Notes under the pieces: model-generated
Told to the model about the DNA's origin: nothing
What the model saw: the letters and a program-made list of their open reading frames with translations, nothing else
Database searches by the model: none
Shown: piece after piece, positions 1 through 9,582 of the stretch
Position numbering within the stretch: the first letter of the stretch is position 1
Layout of the letters: each line of letters begins with the position of its first letter
From: Octopus sinensis
Lineage: Eukaryota
Length of the DNA stretch: 64,000 nucleotides
Direction: 5' to 3'
Assembly (NCBI RefSeq): GCF_006345805.1
Contig: NC_042998.1
Coordinates: 150,970,001-151,034,000, forward strand
Position numbers and translations under genes: made by a program

Positions 1-484
1 TTTTCTCTTGCTTATTTAGTAATAATCACTTTCTTGTTTATAAAGCACTTATATATTATATTCTTCCATAGGCATTATTTACCAAGGAGGCATTTGTCAC
101 GGTTACTAGAATTAAACATACTATTAGGTGTCTTGTCATAAGAGGCTTCTATATTTTCTATTAGTATTATTGTTATGATTCAGAAGAGATACGAAAACAT
201 TATCACCCCTTTTCCTGTATCTCATAGCTGTGTTCCATTAATGGCAGATTCGTACTGATCTATACGCTCAGAATAAAAACAGATGCCTTTATTACTTCAG
301 AAGTTGTTTCCTAAAGTTAATAGTCGCTATAATATACGCTAAATTAGATGTAGTAGAATATGCAAACTTTATGGTATGTCTATTTGATATCTTACTTGAA
401 GAGGCAGGATGTCTATCTAACGACATAAAGAAAATTCCTGGCCTATATATGGTTACACAAATTCTGCATCAGCACTCAAATGAT

Positions 485-625
485 ACTTATTTTCAGCTGA
501 GTAAATTGGAGATTCTTGAAATGAAATGCTTTGCTCGAGAACACAGTTAGCTGTCCAGTTCTGATAGCGAACCTAGGAACTCATGACCGTCAGCCCAACA
601 ACCTAAGCATAATGGCACGCATCTT
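485..625 (-). mobile_element. Degenerate tRNA-derived SINE fragment
   Basis: The minus strand reads ...gagttcctaggttcgctatc...actgtgttctcgagcaaagcatttcatttca...ctccaatttactcagctg. This resembles a B-box-like segment followed by a gtgtccttgagcaaggcactt-type SINE core. Recognised by resemblance only. Confidence 0.4.
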
Positions 626-658
626 TACATCTTCGGGTGTGTGTACACTCACACCAAT

Positions 659-695
<37 letters not shown>

Positions 696-1016
696 CTGAT
701 AAAGCTACCTTGCCTAGATACTTGCGTGCACACACACACACACATATATATATAAATATACATATATATATACACACACAAACACAGATATATGTACGTA
801 TATGTATGTGCGTGTGTTTTTATATATGTGTGTGTGTGTGTATGTGCATGTGTGCATACAAGTATGTATTATATGTACGTGTATGTGAGAGGGGATGTTT
901 CCCTTTGAACGACGACGAAGTGAGGGTAATTTACCGAAAGGCTATCCATACGTGACTGGCTTTGAAAACTGGTTTACGGTCTCACTATCGTCATCAACGC
1001 AATCATCGTTATTGCC

Positions 1017-1048
<32 letters not shown>

Positions 1049-1377
1049 TTTTGTTATCCTATTCTACATTGTCGGAATCGTTGCAGTTGTCATAGACGTT
1101 TTCTTATTTTTTCTGTCGTTAGTCATAATCATTGTGACCCTCCTCCTCGTCATTATCAGCTCACTCTCAATCCCCCTCCCCTCCTCCTCCTTCTCTTCAT
1201 CATGTTTATGAAGTGAATGCTTTCATGTTGTTGCTTTCAATATTGTCATTAACGTGAAACTGATTTAAACTAATTCCTTGATGACGATAATGTTCATAAC
1301 AACGGAAGCAACAAGAAGAACAGTAATATATTAATAGTCTCTAACATAGGTACACGGTAAGGATGTAGGGGTAGGGA

Positions 1378-1530
1378 AGTAACAGATTATATTGGCTCCA
1401 GTGATTTATTAGTCCTTTATTTTATAGTCCCTAGAAAACAGAAAAAAGCAATGGTGATCTGAGTAGGATTCGAACTCAGAACGTAACACGTTGGAGTAAA
1501 TACCGAAAGCTATTTCGTTCAACACTCTGA
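1378..1530 (-). mobile_element. SINE remnant, same family as 50030-50248
   Basis: ggattcgaactcagaacgtaac...aaatacc...atttcg matches ggaatttgaactcacaacgtagc...aaatacgg...atttcg at 50162-50212. The minus strand carries a B-box (GTTCGAATCC). Confidence 0.55.
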
Positions 1531-1556
1531 CAGTTATATCACTCTACCTCCTTCAA

Positions 1557-1597
1557 TAATGATGATGATGATAATAATAATAATAATAATAATAATG

Positions 1598-1649
<52 letters not shown>

Positions 1650-1682
1650 TAATAATAATAATAATAATAATAATGATAATAA

Positions 1683-1762
<80 letters not shown>
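1557..1762. repeat. (TAA)n microsatellite
   Basis: Directly visible. It produces the poly-I and poly-L ORFs. Confidence 0.98.
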
Positions 1763-1944
1763 GTAACAACAACATTCTGAAGAAACTGGTTGTAACAGCG
1801 AAAATGAAGTTGAACCTTTAATGGAAGGCCTCTCGATCGGTACTGGTTCAGTAAAGATGCAGACTGACCACAGCTGTTATCCTAATATGGCATCAGTATA
1901 TAATAGAGCAAGGAGGAGGAACTGGATCTATGAAAGGAGGTGAG

Positions 1945-2259
1945 GTGTTGAAAATAATTCTTTGGGGTTAGAATAATTCACCTTTGGAAACATGAGTGTT
2001 TCGTTCAACATCTTTAAACAAACCTTATTCAGGAACTTTCTGAGCGGGATGAGCTACTCAATCTAAAGAAAATTCTAACTGGGCTCCACCTGCAAGGCCA
2101 TGCGCTTGATATGAAATCACCATGTCACGCACATATGGTTGTGATGCATGTGCCTGGTGTAACCTTATCAGACGGGTAGTCATGGTAAGTATACAGGGCT
2201 TCGAATATTTGTATCCCAGTGTCACTTTGATAGCATGCGCTACTCTCTCACTCACTCAC

Positions 2260-2260
<1 letters not shown>
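1945..2260 (+). mobile_element. Unnamed ~550-bp TAA-associated repeat ('element X'), 3' part, older copy
   Basis: Aligns with 5425-5733 (gaataattcacc...cttatcagacgggtagtcatg...ctctctcactca) and runs into (TAA)n. Confidence 0.85.
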
Positions 2261-2301
<41 letters not shown>

Positions 2302-2306
<5 letters not shown>

Positions 2307-3600
2307 ACAGTTTCAACGTGTTGAACTATAATATGAGCGAAATAGGGAAGATTGGCAAGAAAATCCGTAATCTGCTGACTTGCAATAAAATATACCACTC
2401 AAAGCAGACGAAGATCGTCTTTACCTACCCAGAGGTCAAGGAGGTTGAGGCCTGATCCAATTTGAAATCTACAAAATCACAACTGGACTGGCAAAGTATC
2501 TTGAAACATCTAACAACTGGATGCTAAAGCTCATTGAAAACCACGAAAGACGTAAGAAGCTTCATTCTGTTATGAAGGTGAGCAAAAATTTTTCAAGTGA
2601 GTTTATGAATGATACTCAGGTTGAACAGCATGAAGGAAGTGCAACAACTGTTGTTGCAAAGTAGGTGAAATCAATAGCAAAGCAAAATACGCTTGAACAA
2701 TTGGCTCATAGGTGGGAACAAAATCCTCTGCATGGTAAATATGTGGCCTGTAGCAAACAAGCTGATGTAGACCAGAAGCACACCCATTAGTTGCTACGGA
2801 GCCCGGGGTTAAAGGCAGAGAGTGAAGGCTTTATCTCGGCTGCCCAAGACCAGAGCTTATTGACCCGGAACTATCAAGCCAATGTGATGAAAAATGGTGT
2901 AGACCCAAAGTACCGATATTGCAACGATGAGAAAGAAAGAGTGGACCACCTAATCTCTGGATGTAAGGTTTTAGCACCTGAAGAGTACAGCTCAAAACAT
3001 AACAGAGTTGGTCAATATCTACATTGGATAATGTGTCGGCCTTATAAAATCAAAACGGTTGACAAATGGTAAAAGCACCACCCTGAGGCTGTAACTGACG
3101 GAGAAAATGTAACTATTCTTTGGGACTTCCCAGTATGTACAGACCGGACCGTCAAAACAAATAAACCAGATATAAAGATTTGCTAATCGAAATCGAAAAG
3201 ATGTGGCATCTCAAGACGGCTACAATACTAGTGATTGTAGGAGCACTGGGAGTGATCAAAAAAGGAATTGAAAATTATTCAAGAATGATCCCTGGCTTAC
3301 CATCCATGCAGGAAGTGCAAAAGATTGTCTTAACTGGTACGTCACACATACTCAGAAGAGCTTTGTCGCTGTGACTTTTCTTTCCATTTTCCCCCTTATT
3401 TTATTTGTTTACTTTTCTATTTTTAATTTTTCCCTTTTTCTCTCTGACTTTCTTTCCTCCTTTCTCTATCACATGACTCTGTAAATGAATAATCTGATGT
3501 GTTTGTTTTAAGGGCCTACCAATGTATACAGTACGTTTCTCTGCCCTAGGTGTCAGGAAGACACTCGCCAAGAAATGTTAACCGAATTGAAAGAAGAACC
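2302..3600 (+). mobile_element. 5'-truncated R4/Dong-clade non-LTR retrotransposon (post-RT region, CCHC knuckle, RLE endonuclease, 3'UTR); pseudogenised
   Basis: Translations across frameshifts include KADEDRLYLPRGQGG, CNDEKERVDHLISGC...KHNRVGQYLHW, ILWDFPVCTDRTVKTNKPD and IEIEKMWHLK...VIVGALGVIKK...HILRRALSL*. Both ends abut TAA repeats. Established: Dong-type R4-clade elements target TAA microsatellites. Confidence 0.85.
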
Positions 3601-3625
3601 TAATGAAAATAATCATAATAATAAT

Positions 3626-3663
3626 GAGTAGTAGTAGTAGTAGTAGTGGTGGTTGTAGTGGTT

Positions 3664-3705
<42 letters not shown>

Positions 3706-3728
3706 ATAGTAGTAGTAGTAGTAGTAGT

Positions 3729-3769
<41 letters not shown>

Positions 3770-3776
3770 ATAGTAA

Positions 3777-3820
<44 letters not shown>
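3626..3820. repeat. (TAG)n microsatellite
   Basis: Directly visible. Confidence 0.97.
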
Positions 3821-3821
<1 letters not shown>

Positions 3822-4586
3822 GAGGAGGAGGAGGATTTCAGTTATTGTCGACTGAAGTGACATTACGAAATCAGTTTGCAGTTTGTATGTTGATCTATAT
3901 GAAATCTGATGTGGCCGAAGAAAGAAAACGGAGAGATGACACGAAAAATAAACAAAATATTTGAATACATGGATGATAAAGTCGTCCTAATAGGGGAGAT
4001 CTTCCAACTGTGGCCAATCAAAGAATCGAACAGACCTCTCTAACAACCAAGGGAGCATACCCTTTCCTAGGTTTCGTTCTCTGAGACTTACAAGTCTGGA
4101 CCGTGAGTGAGCCACATACGCTCTCCAATTTTGTCATTCTCACTTAATTTTCAATAAATTCGCCCTTCCACCACTTCATCTTTCTTTTTTTTTTCAAGTA
4201 AACCGTGAAAAAAGTCGATCAAAGGCTTTACCAGAAAGGTAAGTTACTCTACTCGGAACAGTTAATCTCATCCACTCTACAACTTTCCACAAATATCTTC
4301 GCTGATGTTGGATTCAGCTGACAAATGGGTTCAACATACATTCGACAACTGTTGTTCAACGTGACGACACAAATCAGCAACATCAGATCAGTAAATGAGT
4401 GCATAGAGAACGGTTCGTCGTTCAACGCGTATCTCAGAAGAACCAATAGGTAGCATTGCTAGACTAAGGATATCTGGAAGTTAAATATAGTAATCGTCGT
4501 CCCGAAAGAGCTCCGGATCAGATCAGCTAGTTCGTACGCCTTGACGCTAATATTTTCATCAAGAACGTCATTACTTTTCAGTTCTA

Positions 4587-4658
4587 TATGGCGTAGTGGT
4601 TAAGAGCGCGGGCTACTAACCCCAAGATTCCGAGTTCGATTCCAGGCAGTGATCTGAA
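4587..4658 (+). mobile_element. tRNA-derived SINE head (Pol III A and B boxes); not a functional tRNA
   Basis: A-box TGGCGTAGTGG (4589-4599), anticodon-arm-like GGG-CTACTAA-CCC, and B-box GTTCGATTCC (4634-4643). The acceptor stem does not pair and the T-stem has mismatches. Confidence 0.75.
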
Positions 4659-5177
4659 TTTCCCCGTACATACCGACAAAACTAATAAAATCTAATAAAC
4701 CCGATATTATTATAAAAGATCAGACAAAAAGGATGTGTTTATTAATTGACATGAGTATTCCTTGCGATCACAATATAGCGGCGAAAGAATTTGACAAGAT
4801 CAGTAAATATAAAGACTTGCTAATAGAAATTGAAAAAATGTGGCATCTCAAGGCGTCTACAGTACCAGTGATTGTAGGGTCTTTAGGAATGATTAAAAAA
4901 AGGTACTGAAACCTATTTGAAAATCATACCAGATTTACCATCCCTACAGGAAGTGCAAAAAATCGTGTTAACTGGAATGGCTCATGTACTGAGAAGAGCA
5001 TTATCGCTGTGAAAACAACATCCATTCATGAATTTATTTATTTATTAATTTATTTAAATACATATTTTACCTGTGAATTTGCGTGTGTAATCTGGGAATG
5101 CATACAATGAGCTTCTCTGCTCTAGGTATACGGAAAACACTCGGCGAGAAACGGGAGAAAATTTTAAGAAAGAAGGA
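4659..5177 (+). mobile_element. R4/Dong-clade 3' fragment with RLE PD-(D/E)xK domain and 3'UTR
   Basis: NKPDIIIKDQTKRMCLLIDMSIPCDHNIAAKEFDKISKYKDLLIEIEKMWHLK...VLRRALSL* with the stop at 5010-5012. It ends in (TAA)n. Confidence 0.88.
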
Positions 5178-5187
5178 AATAATAATG

Positions 5188-5240
<53 letters not shown>

Positions 5241-5255
5241 TAATAATAATAATAA

Positions 5256-5732
5256 TGTCTTGGTATTAAAGATGGGCTACAGCAAATATTCTGCTCAATA
5301 CCACAGATTTGCTTGTCAGTTATTTTACCTTAACCAGTTGAGCATGTCCCTTAGTGGCTGACGATATGTGCATCTCTGATCACGAGCAGAAGTAGTGGGG
5401 GAGCATCAAAGCCATGTGTTGAGAGGGATTCTTTGAGGTTTGAATAATTCACCTCTGGAAACATGGGTGGTTCTTTCAACATCCTTAAACAACCCTTATT
5501 CAGGGACCTTTTGAGCGGGATGGGCTACTCAACCTGAAGAAAATTCTAACTGGGCCCCCACCTGCAAGGTCATGTGCTGTTTATCTTGATATGAGATCAC
5601 CATGTCGCGCACATATGGTTGTGATGCATGTGCCTGGTGTACCCTTATCAGACGGGTAGTCATGATGGGTATATTGGGCTTCGTATATTTTACCCCAGTG
5701 TCACTTTGATGGCATGAACTGCTCTCTCACTC

Positions 5733-5733
<1 letters not shown>
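5256..5733 (+). mobile_element. Element X copy, 5'-truncated, flanked by TAA on both sides
   Basis: Near-identical to the reverse complement of 6575-7040. Confidence 0.9.
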
Positions 5734-5775
<42 letters not shown>

Positions 5776-5820
5776 TAATAATAATAATAATAATAATATA
5801 ATAATAATAATAGTAATAAT

Positions 5821-5974
5821 AAATGCCCTGATGTAATGCCAGGCAGTGGCTCTCGTGGCTTCTGATCTTAACTGATTGGAAGTGTTATCATGTACATTGT
5901 TATGTCTTGGTATAAAAGATGGGTTACAGCAAATATTCTGCTCTATATAACAGAGTTGCTTGTCAGTTGTTTGA
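5821..5974 (+). mobile_element. Element X 5' part only
   Basis: aaatgccctgatgtaatgccaggcagtggctctc... corresponds to the reverse complement of about 6965-7122. Confidence 0.88.
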
Positions 5975-5979
5975 TTTTT

Positions 5980-6480
5980 GCATGCCATTAAAGTGACACT
6001 GGGGTAAAATATACGAAGCCTAGTATACCCATCATGACTACCAGTCTGATAAGGGTACACTAGGAACATGCATCATAACCATATGTATGCCACATGGTGA
6101 TCTCATATCAAAATAAACAGAACATGACCTTGCAGGTGATGCCCAGTTAGAATTTTATTCTGGTCAAGTAACCCATCCTACTCAAAAGGTCCCTGAATAA
6201 GTGTTGTTTAAGGATGTTGAACGAAACACCCATGTTTCCAGAAGTGAATTATTGAAACCCCAAAGAATCCCTCTCAACACATGGCTATGATGCTCCCCCA
6301 ATACTTCTGCTCGTGATCAGAGATGCACATATCGTCAGCCACTAAAGGACACGGTCAACTGGTTAAGGCCAAACAACTGACAAGCAAATCTGTGGTATTG
6401 AGCAGAATATTTACTGTAGCCCATCTTTTATACCAGACAAAACAATGTACATGATAACACTTCCAATCAGTTAAGATCAG
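5980..6480 (-). mobile_element. Element X copy, inverted
   Basis: Reverse complement of the element body. It is joined directly to the plus-strand 5' fragment at about 5975-5980. Confidence 0.88.
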
Positions 6481-6502
6481 TTATTACTATTATTATTATT
6501 AA

Positions 6503-6574
<72 letters not shown>

Positions 6575-6575
<1 letters not shown>

Positions 6576-7122
6576 GAGTGAGAGAGCAGTGCATGCCATC
6601 GAAGTGACACTGGGGTAAAATATACGAAGCCCAATATACCCATCATGACTACCCGTCTGATAAAGGTACACCAGGCACATGCATCACAAACATATGTGCG
6701 CGACATGGTGATCTCATATCAAGATAAACAGCACATGACCTTGCAGGTGGGGCCCAGTTAGAATTGAGTAGCCCATCCCGCTCAAAAGGTCCCTGAATAA
6801 GGGTTGTTTAAGGATGTTGAAAGAACCACCCATGTTTCCAGAGGTGAATTATTCAAACCCCAAAGAATCCCTCTCAACACATGGCTATGATGCTCCCCCA
6901 CTACTTCTGCTCGTGATCAGAGATGCACATATCGTCAGCCACTAAGGGACATGCTCAACTGGTTAAGGTCAAACAACTGACAAGCAAATCTGTGGCATTG
7001 AGCAGAATATTTGCTGTAGCCCATCTTTTATACCAAGACAAAACAATGTACATGATAACACTTCCAATCCGTTAAGATCAGAAGCCATGAGAGCCACTGC
7101 CTGGTACTGCATCAGGGCATTT
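6575..7122 (-). mobile_element. Element X, apparently full-length copy (~548 bp), flanked by TTA on both sides
   Basis: On the minus strand it runs aaatgccctgatgcagtaccagg...ctctctcactca between two (TAA)n arrays. Confidence 0.9.
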
Positions 7123-7144
7123 ATTATTATTATTATTATTATTA

Positions 7145-7189
<45 letters not shown>

Positions 7190-7518
7190 CATTATTATTA
7201 TTATATAATATGATTATTTCTATAATTTCTTGCCAAGTTATAAAATTTCACAATTTTACACACCTTTTCTTCTTTATCTCGCAACAGCCTCGCTTTCATA
7301 CCTCCTCTCCTCTTTCTTACACTCTTTCTCTCTTCCTTATTTTCATTTCCTTTTAATAGAAAAATTATTTTAGAAATCTTTGCTCGTGATGTGTGCATAT
7401 TTTACATTTGGTACTTATTTCCCTCTCTCACACTTTCTCCCTCCTCTTTCCCTCTCTCTCTCTCTCTCCCTCTCTCAAACCTACTATTATTCTATGCCCC
7501 CACCACGTTCAACTCTTT

Positions 7519-7519
<1 letters not shown>

Positions 7520-7587
<68 letters not shown>

Positions 7588-7588
7588 T

Positions 7589-7665
<77 letters not shown>

Positions 7666-7666
7666 T

Positions 7667-7754
<88 letters not shown>

Positions 7755-7850
7755 ACTACCACTTCCACCACCACCACCACCACCACCTCTTCTCCTTCTT
7801 CTTCTTCTCCTTTTTCTTCTTCTTCTTCTTCTTCTTCTTCTTCTTCCTCT
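7520..7850. repeat. Compound triplet array (CTA/CTG/CCA/CTT)
   Basis: Directly visible. The (CTA)n(CTG)nTTA block recurs at about 81-bp spacing. Confidence 0.95.
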
Positions 7851-8017
7851 CCTTCTCTCTACTCATGTTTTTAAAATAAATTTTGATTCTTGGCTGGTTT
7901 ATATTATGGGAGAACGTATGCCTTTCTTTTCATTCTTAATTTCCTCTAACACTCTTCCCCTTCTCTCGCTCTCACTCTCTCTCGCTCTCGCTCTCTCTCG
8001 CTCTCGCTCTCTCTCTT

Positions 8018-8054
<37 letters not shown>

Positions 8055-8202
8055 AGTTGTTGATTCTCCGTTGGTCTCGACGATTACCATTCAGTTATTT
8101 GATCCACTGAATTTAAGTCACCGATTATTCAACAAACACATGTACTCTTAATGTGTACTCTTCACACAATTTCCAGATCGAGTCAACATGACACAGTGCC
8201 AG

Positions 8203-8252
<50 letters not shown>

Positions 8253-8420
8253 GGAGAGAGAGATACCAGAGTAAGCACATAAATGTGAAACAGGGCGTAA
8301 AAATATAGTACTCAAATACCAGAGGGAGAATGATATGCTTTATCAATAAAGTTGTAAAAGACATCACAAAAGATGTTACTCACCGTTTCACGTTCCCGTT
8401 CGTTGGACAGTTTCGGCTGA

Positions 8421-8488
<68 letters not shown>

Positions 8489-8501
8489 GCGTGTGTGTGT
8501 G

Positions 8502-8533
<32 letters not shown>

Positions 8534-8616
8534 TGTATGTATGTATGCATGCATGTATGTATGTATGTATGTATGTATGTATGTATGTATGTATGTATGT
8601 ATGCATATATGTATGT

Positions 8617-9170
8617 ATGTGTCAGGTCACTTTTGAGTGCTACTGGTAACATGTAACACAGTACAATCTGTTGCATGGTCGGGTCGTCGGCGACTAAACC
8701 GGCAACCCCACCAAGCTTGATTGGTGAGGAGGGTGTTTATTGGACACTCTGCGGAATGAAAAACAAAACCCGTCAAAGGGTGGAGGAACTCTTGAGAGTC
8801 AACGGCCATCCAATAAATGTCTTAAGGCTGTATTATGCGCGGGGACAGAAATAATCGGTCTGAATACCCGATCGCGCGGTTAAACCATTGGGAGTGAAGG
8901 ACTCCTAGCCTTTGTTAGGGCATCCTTCTAGGAGAAGGTAACTCATGTAACTGGGATAACTCCGACATAAAACCTGCGGCTAAGTGGTTACCGATGATGT
9001 TGACTTGTTCTTCTTTTCGGATTATGGCTGATGTTGCTTAGTGAGTGGGATTGACTCAGTGCACAGCCTTTCCTCACTTTTAAAAAATATCTTCTTGCAC
9101 AGGCATTGCACAATAACAACACTGATTAAGCTTCGCGCAATGGCCATACTCGATAACGAGGGGGCAGCCA
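8617..9170 (+). other. GC-richer non-coding insert within a (TATG)n array; possibly the 5'UTR of an RTE-type LINE
   Basis: It is bounded by TATG repeats. The motif gggcatccttctaggagaaggtaactc resembles RTE 5'UTR motifs from memory (unverified). Hairpins GGAGT/ACTCC and CCTTCT/AGAAGG are present. Confidence 0.3.
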
Positions 9171-9352
9171 CTTTGTATGTATGTATGTATGTATGCATGT
9201 ATGTATGTAAGTATGTATGTATGTATGTATGTGTGTATGTATGTATGCATGTATGTATGTGTGTGCGCGTGTGTGTGTGCGTGCGTGCATCTAAGTGTGT
9301 GTGTGTATGTGTGTGTGTGTGTTTATGTGTGTGTGTGTACGTGCGTGCGTGT

Positions 9353-9387
<35 letters not shown>

Positions 9388-9582
9388 AAAAGAAACCCAC
9401 CGTGTGAGAATATTTGACTGCGAGCATCAGAAACCATGAATATTTGACTGCGTGCATCAGAAACAAGAACGCTTAACAAACAGAACAAACAAAACGTTAG
9501 CCTTCTACAGATGTCTCGCTAAGAATTCTGACAGTTCCGATACTTTGATATAAAACTGCTAGCGAAAAAGACTTATAGTTTA

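Noticed and set aside
4587-4658. Functional tRNA gene
   Set aside because: The acceptor stem is unpaired and the T-stem is mismatched, so it is treated as a SINE head.
1557-7210. CRISPR-like repeat/spacer organisation
   Set aside because: The repeats are variable-length microsatellites, the intervening segments are TE copies, and there are no cas genes in this eukaryotic context.
8870-8950. HDV-like ribozyme in the putative RTE 5'UTR
   Set aside because: P4-like and P3-like hairpins exist, but I found no consistent P1/P2 pseudoknot and no catalytic C in the J4/2 position (GGTAA).
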